From Bilabrum cf. latius (lineage: Eukaryota), in contig OZ237757.1 in the NCBI GenBank assembly GCA_965178125.1, positions 124,001 to 188,000 on the forward strand: a stretch of 64,000 nucleotides of DNA, given 5' to 3'. Position 1 is the stretch's first letter; each line of letters begins with the position of its first letter. The notes under the pieces are model-generated. The model was not told the DNA's origin. It did no database searches and was given only the letters and a program-made list of their open reading frames with translations. Below, in pieces: positions 24,938 through 38,000 of the stretch. Position numbers and translations under genes: made by a program.

Positions 24938-25625
24938 TGTTCGGTGTGGTGCGTGGTGCGTGGTGCGTGGCGTGTGCGTGGGAGCATGCTGGATGGGTAC
25001 GCCTTATCCTCCTTGGAGAGTTTGGTGTGTTAGAGGCCTGCATGGGCTACCTACATTCTGCCTTGGCCTGTCCGTGGTCGGTGGGCAGCAGCCGCTTCAG
25101 GTTGGGTGATTCCGTGAAGCCATGCTCTCGTCGGAGGTGGGGGGGATTGTCCTTGGGATCACTCGTCGGCGAACAAGTGCCGCCCAGCCACTGGAAGGTG
25201 GCCAAGTACACCCGGTGCTCGATCCAGATCCAGATCCAGACCTCGGGTGATGAGGTGCTGCTCCGGGTATCCAAAGGAGACACATGCGGCTTCAGTACCA
25301 CTGCAAGCGTATCTAGCGGTTTCAAAGCAAGTACGTATTTTCTTGAAATGCAGTCGTGGTCCATAATATATGCGTACACCCCTTCTTACTCGTAGCGGGC
25401 GCCCATTCGAAGGATCCAATCAGATCCGGAAATTGCACGCTACTTGCCAGCTAAATCGGTTTGGATCCACAAAGCTTGGCTGCACACCAGCGATTACGAG
25501 CATAGCCCATCACAGCGATAATTTGCTCATTGCGAACAGCAGCTAGGCGATTCATTTTTAACTGTTGCTTACAACCGTGTGCAGCGTCGAGGTATTGGGA
25601 CATTTGTGTATTGCTTTTGCTGCAA

Positions 25626-27484
25626 ATGTCGCAACGATCTGGCAGGTGGCTGCAAGAGGAGCACGACCAATTCGAGCTTGCCCTACAGGAGTTCGGTAAA
25701 GACTGGAAGAAAATATAGGAATACGTCCCGACGCGAACTGTCGTACAGATCCGCACGCATGCCCAGGTGAGTCCGGCTTGCCGGGCTAAGGAAATGAGCC
25801 AGGCTTGTTGGCCTGCTTGCCGAGCTGTCAATGCCAACGACATGGCACTACTATGCCGAATAGATACACTGTATTGTCATCGCAGAAATATTTTGATAAG
25901 CTGAGCAAGAGTGGGCAGAAGCTGCCAGAGTTCATCGCCGACGTAAGAGTTGTCGCCCACGTGGGCATGCCGTGCACCATCAACTGAAGCATACCTCATG
26001 ATATCAGCATCAGCGTGACGAATCGTATCATTCCAAGGTTTTTGCAGGATGTTGTCGCCCAAGGATCGTCTTCCAGACCGGTGATAAGCACCGCGCAGAA
26101 ACGTACCGCTCGGGGCCGGGGCGACAAGGCGCGACAAGGGGCAGGCGGAGCAGGACGCCGGCAGAGGGGCAAGCAGCAAAGCAGTGGCCGTCAAGTTGCA
26201 GCCGAGGCGGCGCTCCATAGCACGTACCACCCCATGCCAGGCGTGCCGCACGTGCCTGCCTCAGGCGTGGATTAGGACGCGGGGGGTGCAGTGGGGCTGG
26301 GCCCCAGGGGAGGGGGAGGGTCTATGCTTGGAAGCAAGCGCGGGTTCTCGGGGTCGGACGCTTCAGGTCGCCCGAGTAAGGGCCGCAGAATCGGGATGGG
26401 GTACGATTCCGGCGAAGGGGCGGGTGCGGGTGCAGGTGTAGGGGCGGGCTTTCCCGACGCGACTGGGGACGCGAGCGGTGCGATGGCACTGGCGCAGATC
26501 GCGAGCCGGTCGTATTTGTCCCATCAGCAGCAGCAGCAGCAGCCCTATGGATACCAAGGTGGCCTGCCCAGCGGGGACGGCATTGGCATGCAGCCGGGCA
26601 TTCCTTCTGCATTGCCTTGGGGAGCCATGGGAATCCCAGCTGCAGGCCTCCTCCCAGTGCCCGTGGGGTACCCCCCCATGCTGGGGACGCCCGCCCCCAT
26701 GATACCCCCGGGGCGCTCGCTGACCCTCCGACACGCGCGCCTGACCACGGCGCATCCCAGCGATGACCTTGGCCTGGTTCTGGAGGACGGAGACTCCTTC
26801 CCCATGGTCAAGGAGCTGCCCAGGCTCAGGAGGGCTGGCCCGGGCGAGGCGGCCAAGCAGCAGCCGGGGACCGGCCTGGGGGTATCTGCTTCCTCTGCTT
26901 CCTCTGCCTCTTCTGCATTGTCGTCATCCGGAGGGGTGGGTGAAGGAGGTCTCGTGGACGGCGTGACGGCCACAAGCGGAGCTGTATAGGTGGGCAACTG
27001 CCTGGTGGGGGTCAGCGGGGTTCTGTGTTACGGTCTGAGCGCCGCCGCTGCCCTGCAGGTGATCGACGCAGCGAGGCAACAGGCCACTAGCAGGTCTGTG
27101 GTCCTGCATTTCTCCAACCAGGCCCCCCCCGCCAGGTCTCAGCCGCTTGCCAAGACGCACATCCAGCAGGCAGTGGGGCAGCTCTTCTCCAAGCTCGAGC
27201 TGCAGCGGGTGCAGTCGGCGGTGGAGAAACACATGGAGTAGCTGAAGAGCAACGGGGTGCCTCTCTCGGCCACAGGGCTGGCGGGGGCAGGGGCAGGGGC
27301 AGGGCCAAATGCAGGGGCAGGGGCTAGCGCCAGCAGCAGCAGCAGCAGCAGCGCGAGCGAGGCCCCGGCAATTGTAGACACTGCTAGTGCTGCGATGAGC
27401 AATGTGACCAGCTCAGGAACTGAAACGCAGCCAGCAAATGCTGGCACTGGGGACCTTGGTAGCGCGGGAGGCGGCGTTGGGTAA
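25626..27484 (+). CDS. SHAQKYF-class MYB-domain protein with a C-terminal PDZ-like region; join(25626..25766,25886..25942,26048..27484)
   Basis: GRWLQEEHDQF...FGKDWKKI*EYVPTRTVVQIRTHAQ/KYF. Two phase-0 introns. TAGs at 25716, 26273, 26987, 27239. Ends at TAA 27482-27484. Confidence 0.85.
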
Positions 27485-27962
27485 AGGCATTAAAATGATT
27501 TTCTGCGTCGCTCCAAGGGGCGCATGTGTTTGTATCATGATAGGTTAAAGCATACACCCAACTCCCACCCAACTATAGCCTCTGAGCGCTCTGCTGTCTT
27601 ATCAACCTGGGTTTCGTTGACGTCCAAGCACTGGCAAGATCCTCATAGCGTACTTTGGCCTGGTTTGCGCATTGTTTCCTAAATTTTGGATATAAAAATC
27701 AATACTTTGCGAGTTTATAACTAGCATAAGAAGACATAAATCAAAAATATTGTTCGCGGATGCACAATAGACGAGAAAATAGAGAGATATGCACCATGGC
27801 CAGTTGCGCCACGCAAAGTGTCCGGAGCCAGAAGGCCATTGGTCGCACCAGAGTTCTTTCACACTTGCTGGTGGCGAAAATCGCGTTAAATTGGGTACGC
27901 ATTCTTTCACGGGTATATTTGAACCCATAGTTTGACCAACAGAGGCAAGAAGGACCGTTGTC

Positions 27963-29824
27963 ATGTCAGAATCCTCCGGAGAGGGGAATGCACTTAAGGA
28001 ACTCATGGAAATGCTGTTTCACCCCAGAGAGGATGTAAGGATATGCTTTTCAAAGTGGCTCGAGATAATTAATGTGTGCCTTTCGTTCTTCCGTACGGCG
28101 TGTCGACGAGTGCTACCATGCAATAGGCACATGGCATCCCTTTCCAATCTTGTCAAGCGCAGGTTCGAGCAAGTGCCGCCCAGATTGTGAGCGGGCTAGC
28201 AGCCGACACCGGCGGGCGGGATGCGCTTTTCACCACTGGAATTGCTGGAAAGCTCGCTCGCTTGCTTGGGGACGAGCCGGCCGTGGCTAGGCATGCGGCG
28301 GACGCACTCGTGAATCTCTCGGACGAAGGTCGGTTTCTGCACCAGATGCTGGACATCAAGGTGGTCCGCATGGTCATGGATAGCATACGCTCCCCTCGAT
28401 GCCAACACCGGCGCGCGGCCGTGATGCTTCTCAGCAACCTCTGCCTGACGCCCGAGGGTTGCATCCAGCTGCTGCAGCGCGACGAGGACGACGGCCGCCT
28501 CATGGGGCTCTACCTCAGGCAGCTGCTGCACTGGATGCTCAAGGGGCCGCCTAGATCGGCCTCGGGAAGCGGTCCCCGCGCCGACGCGCCCCGCTCCTCA
28601 ACCGCCACCCCGGGCGCGTCGAGCAGCGAGGCAGACGAGATGGAGTACGCCGGCCTTGTGCTGCAGAACGTCACTACCTTGAGCGAGGCCAGGAAATTGC
28701 TGCTGGACCGAGAGAGGAAGATCGTGCCGGACCTGCTGCTGCAGCTGCGCTCGCCCTCCGTGGTGAGAAGGCGCGGCGCCAGCGGAACCTTGAAGAACCT
28801 GTGCTTCCACGTGGACCAGCTGGACGCCCTCGCCGAACCTTCGCTGGGGTTCATCGAGGCGGCCACGCGCCCCCTGGTGGGGCCAGAGGCGCGGAGCGCC
28901 GAGCTGCGCGCGGACATGCCCGCCGCCTGGCTGGAGATGGGCTCTGCCAAGCAGCGCGAGAGGGACCCTGTCACCCGGCGGAACCTGCTCGAGATCCTGT
29001 CCATGCTCGCGGGCAGCCGGCTGGCCAGGGAACAAATGAGGGCCATGCGGGTGTATGAGGTGGTGCGCGACCTGCACGTGTGGCTGGAGGGTCACAGCGA
29101 GGAGGAGACGTGCGAGCCAGCGGAGGCGAGGGGGGCGAGGCAGGCGCGGGAGGCTGCTTACCTGGAGGCGAGGGGGGTGGGGGCCGAGGGGGTGGGGCCT
29201 AAAGCGGGCGGAGTGGCCGCGGGCGAGAAGGCGGAGCCGGGGGCGGCCAGCGGTGCAGGTGCGGATGGGGGCTCCCCTGCTTAGGCGGGCGATAGCAAGG
29301 TGTCTACAGGCGATAGCAAGGTGTCCACAGGCGATAGCACGGGCGATAGCAAGGGTCAGCTCCTGGCCGGTGTGTCTCCTGACGAGGCCGATATGGAGGA
29401 AGAGAACCCCTTGTCGGCGGACGATCTCAGGACCGTGAATGCGGTGAGCACGATCGCAGATTTCTTGCACCGCGACGAGGAGGGCCCCCCGGTGCTGCCA
29501 GGCAGCAAGGGGACGGGCAGCGGTGAGGAGGAGGGGGCTGCCGCGGGTGGGTCGGGGTCTGAAGCCGGGGCAGGGGCAGGGTCAGGGGCACCCTCGGGGG
29601 CCGCAGCAGGGAGCGAGGAGGGTTCATCGCATGGCGGTGCGGAGAAACTGGCTGGCAGCACACGAGAGGCTGCGCTGACAGAGCTGGACCCGTTCGCTTC
29701 CCCCCACGCGGCCGAGGCTGCAGCCCTGCTGGTCAAAGGGGGGGTCGGGGGCGGGGGGCGCGGTGGTGCCGGGGCAGTTGCCGGTGCCGCAGTGGATCTG
29801 GCGGGAATGGGCGACATGGACTGA
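27963..29824 (+). CDS. HGH1: HGH1/FAM203-like armadillo-repeat protein (eEF2 chaperone); join(27963..28034,28163..29824)
   Basis: Motifs ALVNLS, MLLSNL, RRRGASGTLKNLCF, KQRERDP...LLEIL, REQMR...VYEVVRDLH. One GTAAG..CAG intron. TAG at 29282-29284. Ends at TGA. Confidence 0.82.
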
Positions 29825-30019
29825 GCACTGTGTGACAAAGAGATTTGATCTGCCAGTGTGCTGCAATCTATTTTGATGACGCAGCACGCCCGGTGTTTGC
29901 GACTGATTGCGCTCGCGCAGCAAGCCTGTCTCCAAGCGCACGCTGCAAGTCAGCACCGAGCACATTGTCAATTCGCACATCGCTCGTACTGCATCGTATC
30001 GACTGCAATCCGCTGACGC

Positions 30020-30640
30020 TCACTGCCTGGCGTCGTCTTGCAAGCGAGCCCGCCTCGCCTGCTCCAGCCAGTCCTCCAGAGCATCGTCTGCGGCAGGGGC
30101 TGGCGCCGCATTTGCTTCCCCGCCCCCTTCTTTGGGACTAGAAGTAACTTCGATATGAGGCTGGTGGCTCTCCTGTGCAGTAGTGCCAGTGTGGCCAGCA
30201 TCTTGGAGCATCCGCTCAAAGTCAATCTCTGCCTGGCGGGCAGCACGCTCCTCTATGCTATCATACGCCGGTGGCCCCATGATTGACAGTTCGTTTGCTT
30301 TCACTGGTTCGTCTCCTTCCCGATGGTACCTGGATTCCCTGAGCTGTCGAAGCCTGTTCTAGTACGCCACCCGAATCATTTCATACCTGGTTCTAGCCTC
30401 TTCATCGTCTGGGCGTTCCTGCGCCAATAAGTCGTACTTTTGAACTTCCTCGGCGATAATTTCTTCCTCGGTCATCGGTCTGTCTATTCCATGCTCATCT
30501 GGAGTGATACGCAGCGGGTTGCCGCTGCGACGAGCTGCTGCCATCCATACCCCAGAGGCTGCACCGAGACCGAGGACACCCCAAGTTACATAGTTTGCCA
30601 GTCGTGGGGGGATAGACAAAATGTGTCCAAACAGCCTCAT
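30020..30640 (-). CDS. Small hypothetical protein (206 aa) with one N-terminal hydrophobic segment
   Basis: Track ORFs 30359..30640 and 30020..30304 are in the same frame and join across TAG 30359-30361 (RVAY*NRLRQLRE). Ends at TGA. Confidence 0.65.
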
Positions 30641-30785
30641 TTCAACCGAAGCACCGCGGCATTCGCAGAGTGCTTGGCAAATCCTGGTCCTATCCTCGAA
30701 GCTTCCAAAGTGCTCGCTACAATATTTCTTTGTCCGCGCGCCATGCTGAGCACAGGAACCCCAGCGCCCCGTCCGCGGGGTAATT

Positions 30786-31550
30786 ATGGTGATGCAAGTA
30801 GCTAATAAAACAATTGCTTACGTGCTCTGGCTTTTCTTTGGTGAGATCTAGCTGGTCTAGCCGCAGAAGTGCTTGCAAGCATCTGGCTCAATACTCTTTC
30901 CAGTTCAGTCCGACCGATCCAAACTTTTGGCAAGAGGCTTGATCATACGCATTTTTCTTCTGTAACGCACTTGTTTGCAGGGTTATTCGGGGCACACGTG
31001 AGTTAAGTCGCATACTGATCTATTCGAGCACCGGCTGATGCGCCGAGCATTTGCGGGGAAAATAGTACCTGGGCGACTGCTGCTGCTTTTGTATATCGCA
31101 GAGATTTTATGTAGGAAGATGGCAGTCCGGATTGGTCTGGATGTTTACGCTAGGGCTACTAGGCATAGGCTGGATCATCGACGGGTTCTTGCTATCCGAC
31201 TTCGTCGACCAGTACAATAGCGAAGCATTCCAGAAGCATTTCTAGGATTTGTAGCAAGACGATGTAGAATTCACAGATGTGTATGACGTGAGCGCAGCTG
31301 CTTCTTTATACGATCCCACGCCGTTCGCCGCGATTACTGATCATCCTATCCAGCACTTGTCCCATGCACCCTTGCCTTGCAGCCGCTAGCAAACGGAGGA
31401 GGAGGCTACGAAGACGGCGCATACGGCCAGCAGCAGGCATACTATCCAGATGGGGGCGATTATGGCGGGGGTGGGGGCCAGTACGATGACCCGTACGCTC
31501 CGATGGGTGGGGCGCAAGCCCCGCTGGACGGCGACTACAATGATGTGTGA
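30786..31550 (+). CDS. TM2-domain membrane protein; join(30786..30840,30981..30997,31102..31287,31383..31550)
   Basis: The spliced product [48 protein letters not shown] is a typical TM2 motif. It has a 17-nt exon, TAGs at 31243 and 31252, and a G/Y/D-rich tail. Ends at TGA. Not represented in the ORF track. Confidence 0.85.
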
Positions 31551-31969
31551 CGAGTGTTTCACCTGGTGGATCTCGAGATTGGTTGGAGGATAAGGGGTTG
31601 CATTGCACTGTGGTGGATCACCAGGCTTGCGGGGGCCGCGCTTGCGGGTGGCGGGCTGCTCTTCAGCGTGCCTGTGGGAGGGAGGGGGAAGGGGGTGCTA
31701 TGCTTGCAGTCTTTGGTAGCATCAGTACGGAGGCCGTATGGGTGGTCTGGGCGAGAGATGGGACCGAGGCAGGGGTTTGATGCGGCCTGCAAGCCGGTTC
31801 TGGCACGGTGGAAGGGGGGGGTGGTGGAGGTGCCTGAAGGCGCGGCCCCAATGGCTTGGGCCCCGACTGGCTCGCTTTATTCCATGGGATCTTAAGGTTA
31901 AAAGCATTTGTCTCATTCTTATAGCTTGCTTGCAGTCGTCAATGGTCGTACAATCCGTGGCAGAGCGCG

Positions 31970-33625
31970 TCATGATCCCGAATGGATTGTCGCGGTGTAG
32001 AGCCCCCCATCCGCTGCCGCGCCAGTGGGCCCCACGCCGAGTCGGCCCCCGCCAGTCGCGCCGTGCTTGCCCCCCACCACCTCTGCATCCGCATGGCCCT
32101 CGCCTGCACCTGCCCCCCCATCCCCTGCCCCCCCCTCGAGCTCTGCGGTCCGCCTCCAGTGCCGCACCCACAGGTCCATCTCTGCAGCGCGATGCACCCA
32201 TGGGGCGTCAGAACCAGACGGGCTTCCTCTAAGACTGCTTTCGCTTCTGTCACGCTCAGAATCGGCCTAAGAGTCGGGCAGCTGGACCAGCTCGATGACC
32301 CGAAGCAGAGGCAGGCGCACCCCGGCTGCAGGCTGGGCGGCGCCGCGCACTTCGTGACAGCGGAACCACACAGAGCACCCTTCCTCCGCGCCTTCCCCAC
32401 CGGGCTTCCACTTGGAACGCTAGAACCCGAGCGAAGCAGCGAAAGGCTCAACTGCGCCGGCCTCTGCCCCTGCTCCTGTCCCTGCCGTTGCCCCCGCTTC
32501 AGTCCCAACCACCCCTCCTGCACCCATTTTTTTTGAGTCTTCCGGAGCATCCCCCTTTGAGACCGCATCCTCAGCGGATACCAACCCTTCCCCTTGAGCA
32601 GAAGACGTGCCGCCCTGACCTCCCTTCAGCAGCCCAAGCGCCGCAGTTGCCGCTGGCCTCCCGCAGTCGAACAGCAGCCCCGTCCCGCCCGCCCTCAGCG
32701 ACCCAGCAATGGACCGCAGCACGTGCGGGGCCGACTCGGGAAGGTACAGAACGTCGCAGCCAACACTCAGGTCATACCCTCCAAGGTGTGATGAGTGCGA
32801 TGGATCTTCGGTCGTGCTGTCACTGTCCCTGAGCAGCTGCTTCAGGGCGAGCACGGCCGTGGGCGAGCACCAGTCGACCGCTCCCACCGTCAGGGCGGTT
32901 GGGGCCCGGGATGGCGCGGCAATGTCAAACCCATCGCGTGCACCGCCATGCGTGGCTGATCGGTCTACCATCGGCCCGCAGCTGGCAGGAGTTGCTGCTT
33001 TGGTGCCTGCCAGTGACGTCGTGCTCGCCTCATGACTGGATGTTGGGCATACCACAGTGGCACCGGCCCCAACCCGGTCGCACGCACCTCTCGACGAATC
33101 ATCCGACTATTCCACAATGGAAACTAACACTGTTTCAGTTTCACTCCCGTGTTCCCCCGGGCCACGGTTCGGCTTGGAGGCGGCAGCGACCAGTGAGCGA
33201 GCATCCAGCAACCCGCGGGTCTCTACGTCAGAGGCAACCACGACCCGTGGAAGCGCAGTAGCGCATGCAGCAACAGACACGAGCGCTCGTCCCGCGCCAG
33301 TTTCTACCATACTAATACGGTCGTCTCCAGTGCCTCTCAGCAAGCCAGCGGATCCTTTTCCGGACCAGCTGTGCGATAGAAGTGCCTGGCATGCAAACAC
33401 GTTGCAGCTCCACACCTGATCCCAAACGCCAGTTTCCACAGCTTCAACATCTGAAAAGTCAGAGTCAGAGTCAGAGCTCGAGCCTGGAGCCGCGTCGCTA
33501 GGGACCCGAACCGCTGATGTAGCTACAGCTTGGTCGCACGATTGAGGCTCAACTGGCAACGTGATCGCGACTCTCCTCCATGCACCCGCTGGCCCCACTA
33601 CTTGGAGCAATAATTGTGAGCTCAT
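31970..33625 (-). CDS. Family-16 (METTL21/EFM-like) SAM-dependent protein methyltransferase
   Basis: Motifs DQVWSC, VETGAGRAL, VVASD, AVDW, YDLSVGCDVLY, in one frame across TAGs at 33107, 32420, 32267. Ends at TGA. Confidence 0.75.
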
Positions 33626-33765
33626 ACTGCTAGCATTGCGGCGAAGTCTAGCTTTAGGGGCCACTGTACGTTGCCATCGATGTCGCACTCGGAGCCGGAA
33701 AATTGTGACGGACCGGCAACTCCCAAACAGAAGCTATTGCAGGGACAGATACGGTGCTGTTTGCA

Positions 33766-34803
33766 ATGCCATCAGCTTCAGATGCAACTACTGATACTGT
33801 GCAAGGGGTCCAGGGCGCTGTGATGGCCAGGGTTATGACTCTGGGCTTCACGGACTACCTTGCTATCCTTCTGTTCGTGCTCACGGTTACCATCCTGCTA
33901 CGCAATGCTGCTCGGTCTGTGTTGGGTTCCAGGAGCGTAGGATCGACCGATTCCTTTGATGGTTTGGTTATGCGTCAAGTTGGCGAGCCGGTTGCCGCCA
34001 AAAAGCTGGAGAAACCAGACGCGACCAAAGGTGCGAACGTAACGGGGGATGCGGCAGCCGGGGATGGCGGGAAGAAAGACGAGAAAGAATCGGCAAGCCA
34101 AGCACCCGGTGAAGAGGGATAGCACGTCAAGTTTGAGCACGTACCCATGCCGGAAAGTGCGATGCTTCGTCGTTCCGACGGCTTCCTCCGCCTCATGAAC
34201 TTGAGGCGGAGTGTGCGCTTCTTCGATTCGAGCAAGCCCATCCCCGAGGGCGTCCTGGAGCGATGTATTATGACGGCAGGCACGGCTCCAAGCGGCGCCC
34301 ACGTGCAGCCGTGGACGTTTGTGGTGATCCGGGACCCGGCCAAGAAGCAGAAGGTGAGGGAGCTGATCGAGGCAAAGGAGAAGGAGAACTACTCGGGGAG
34401 GATGCAGGACCAGTGGGTGGGACACGTGAGGGGCCTGGTGGATGCACTGCACGGCACTGCAGCTGGAGACGCCGTGCTGAAGCCCTACCTCACTGAGGCA
34501 CCCGCCCTGGTGGCCGTGATGATGCACCGTAGCACGCCAGACAAGCCGGTGTACTACGGCATGGAGTCAGTGGGGATCGCCACGGGCATGTTCATCGCCG
34601 CCCTGTAGAACGCCGGCCTGTGCACGCTCACGTCTACCCCACTGGGCGCGGATGCCGAAATCAGGCAGGTGCTCGGGAGGCCACAGAGGGAGAAGGTGTT
34701 CGTGGTCATGCCCGTTGGATTCGCAAGCAAGGAGTGCACCGTGCCGTACAGGGCGCCTAAGGAGCTCCGCAAGTCCAAGAAAAAGGTGATGGTCGAGGTG
34801 TGA
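33766..34803 (+). CDS. IYD: Iodotyrosine deiodinase-like flavoprotein (nitroreductase superfamily) with an N-terminal membrane anchor
   Basis: Motifs RRSVRFF, AGTAPSGAHVQPWTFV, ENYSGRM, KPYLTEAP, YYGMESVGIATG, AAL*NAGLCTLTSTP, LGRPQREK, PVG. TAGs at 34120 and 34606. Ends at TGA. Confidence 0.88.
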
Positions 34804-35095
34804 CGAGAGCGCATCCTCATGCCCGAGCGCAGCGTGGCGGCAGCGCTGGCTGTGCGCGGCAGCCAGGGCCCCGCACTCTCCACCGGCACTGCCGCCTCTC
34901 ACTACCGAACTTGATCGCAGCTATTGATTGTTTCCTACCATGGATAAAAAATGAAATGAACTAGCCGTCGTGCTAGGGCCGGTAGCGCCTCAACCCCGCT
35001 GGCCGGTCTGTCTGGATTAGCGTGAATGTGCACCTCACAAAATTGTGGAGCCGGCGCGAGCGAATCCTCAAATATTTCCCCCGCTGGGGGAGTTA

Positions 35096-38000
35096 ATGTC
35101 ACTGTTCATGATACTAACTGTATTTATAGTCGTATAGTTTGCCGCTGCATTCAGATTGCGTGCGGGAGGACTTCCTAGCACAGCGTATGGTCGTCCAGTA
35201 GCGGCCCGGCACTCTTCAGTAGCCGTATGTGTGGCTGCCAAATAGCATCCCAAGGATTCAAAAGCATAGATCCAACCTTCTGTATGGGGTTCAAGCCTTG
35301 GGCTGGGTGTTTGTGCGGAATCGACCCGAGTGAATGCTGTTGCGAGCGGGAAGTTGGACGTACCGAGCAAACCTAGCCAGTGGCCTTCCCTGCGAGTGGA
35401 AGGCAAGATGACAAGCTCATCCCAGCGTAAAATGCTGCAAGTGATCAACAGTAACCCGCCACCGAGCCCACATGCGGCCAGGCTCGCTACTGCCCGAGCG
35501 ATGGGGTTTTCCGACGGGTACCTATCGTGCCCGCTGGTGCTCGAGATGATCCGGCGTGTGGGCCTCGGAGCGTGGAGAGATCAGGCTTACGAGGACCACG
35601 TAAGGGGTTTTATCCAGCAGTAGTGGGAGCCCATCCGCAGGCGAGCAGAAGCGGAGATCGCCGCCTCCGATGGCCAGCCGAGTGACGGCGAGCCGCACCG
35701 GCAGGACCTGTGGACGAGCATCCTCGAGTGGCACCACGCCGCAGAGGGCGTGTGGGAGGGCTGCAGGACGTGGCAGACCGAGCACGGGCACGGCCCCGAG
35801 CAGTTGCTCGGTCTCATCGACGTGCTCGCCCTGGACTACGACGCGGAGGCGTTCGACATCGTGGATGCGGTCAGGGACTCGAGGGCGTGCTTCCTGGGGG
35901 AGGACCGCTGCAGGCAAGAGGCAAAGGACGGGGAGAGGTTCCGCAGCAGGAGCGGCGCCGCGCAGTACGGGGCTGGAGTCGCTGGAGTGGACGGGGCCCA
36001 GGCCGCTGGCCAGCAAGGCCAAGAACCGAGGGCGTAGGGAGGTGAGGGGGCGGAGGCGGGGGCGGGGGCGGGGGCGGGGATGGGAATGGGGGCGGCGCTG
36101 GACCGGACGCTCTACTCGAGGAGGCGATGGGTGGAGCTGTCCAGGAGGGGTCGATGCTCGGCAGTGCTGGCGATGGCGGGGGGGGCCTGCGGCAAGGTCG
36201 GAGCCAAGGAGGGCAACGAGGCGGCGGCGCGTTGCAGTGCGATGCAGCCCTGGTGGCGAGAGCTGCTGCCACGCCGTGGCAAAGAAAAGCAGCAGCAGCA
36301 TGAGACGACGACGTGCACAAACCGAGGGGGCCCCGTGGACATCGTGGTGGGGCACTCCACGTGGGGGGACTACTCGGAGCAGCTCCGGCTGTGGAAGGTG
36401 TACGTGTTCCCTGGGGAACACACGCCGGCGGATGGAAACAAGAGCAAGGGCAAGAGCAAGGACGGTTCGTTTGTGCTCTCGTTCTCCTCGTACGCCGGTG
36501 TCTCTGCCTCCACCGACGACTGGATGCTCACCTCAACCGGGCTCACCGTCATGGAGACCACTCTGACCACCCCCGACCCGGCCACCGCGCTGCGTGACCT
36601 GAGGCCGTTGCCCAAGAGCTGCGCCTCGAGCGGGTGCACCGCACTGCAGGACCCCGTTGCGCTGCCAGCGTTCCTCCGGGCGATGGCGGCCAGCCGCGCC
36701 GCTGGGTCTGCAAAGGAGTGGGCTGCGCTGTACGCAGGGGGGACGCGGGCGGGAGGGACGTACAACTGCCAGTGGCTGGTGGTCGATGGCCCCTTGCTGG
36801 CGAAACAGGCCGAGCTGGGCAAAGGAGCCGTGAGTGGGAGTGGGAGTGGAGGTGAAGGTGGTGTTTGCAAGCTACCCCGTGACACCGTGTGGGTGGTGGA
36901 GCAGAGCGCCGACAGGTCCGTTGGAGCGGACGTGTCGGGGCTGCTGTCCCGCGTCGGGTACTGGCCGTCCATGAACCGGCCTTTCTTCGAGGCAGTGAGG
37001 AGCGACCTCCGCTTCCCGCTCGACGACCATAGTGGTACCCAGCAGACCCAGGTCAGAGGCAGGTTTGCGGAGGGCGGGCTGGACGTGGTCGAGTGGCCCG
37101 GTGGGCTCGCTGCAGGGGCAGGGGCAGGGGCGGGGGCGGGTGGGCTCGCTGCAGGGGCCGGGGCAGAGGCGGGGGCGGGGGCGGTTGGGGTTGCTGCAGG
37201 GGCAGGGGCGGGTGGTGCCACCATCACCATCGCTGAGCAAAACGATGCTGAGGGGAACGGGGAGGATGAAGTCGAAGGGGGGCAAGATGAAGATGAAGAG
37301 GAACCAGCAGACAACGAGGAGCTAGCCAATGGCATGTCCCAGCCAAGCCTGCTGCAGTCCACAGGCCACCGAGCACAGGCAGCCGAGGGCAGGACACAGC
37401 GAAGCGCGGCCCGCCAGCGGGCGCGGCGCCGTGCATCGCGCGTGAGAGCATGCAAGGGCTCCGCGGCGGCTTGTTCCCTGGCCCCTCTAGACGACAGCCC
37501 TGGTGTGAGCTCCATGATGCGCTTCGAGAGTGCTCGCTCGCGGGTGAATGCTCGGTCGGGTGCTCGGGCCAGTGCCAGCGTCACGGTGTCATCGCTGGGG
37601 GAGGACGGGGCGTACTATTCGTTCGGGCAGAACCCCAGAGCGCTTGAGGCGGCGCAGGCCAGGGAACAAGGGGGGCTTGGCTCAGCGGGCGGGGTGGGGC
37701 TGTTCCTGCGTAGCAATGCCGCGGCGGGTGGTGGGGGCGGTTCCGTTGTCCTGACGGCGGCGCCGCGCTTTGACCTGGCGGCAGGGGAGGATGGGAAGCC
37801 GGAGCCGTTCGGAGCCGTGGACACCAAGGTGACGAGTGCGCTGGCCGTGGGGCGGGGTCGGGCCGAGAGCGTGTCGGTGCTGGGCCCGACCACTGCGGGG
37901 GGATCGCTGGCTCCCTTCGACTGGTCCAAGTTCGCCGACAGAGATAGCAAGTGGGGCGGGGAGCGGGGACTGGGCAAGCAGGTGTGCGCCTCTTCGCAGC

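Noticed and set aside
29288-29353. Short GGCGATAGC-based tandem repeat in HGH1
   Set aside because: It is a small coding slippage repeat (GDSKVST) in a disordered tail with no sign of separate function.
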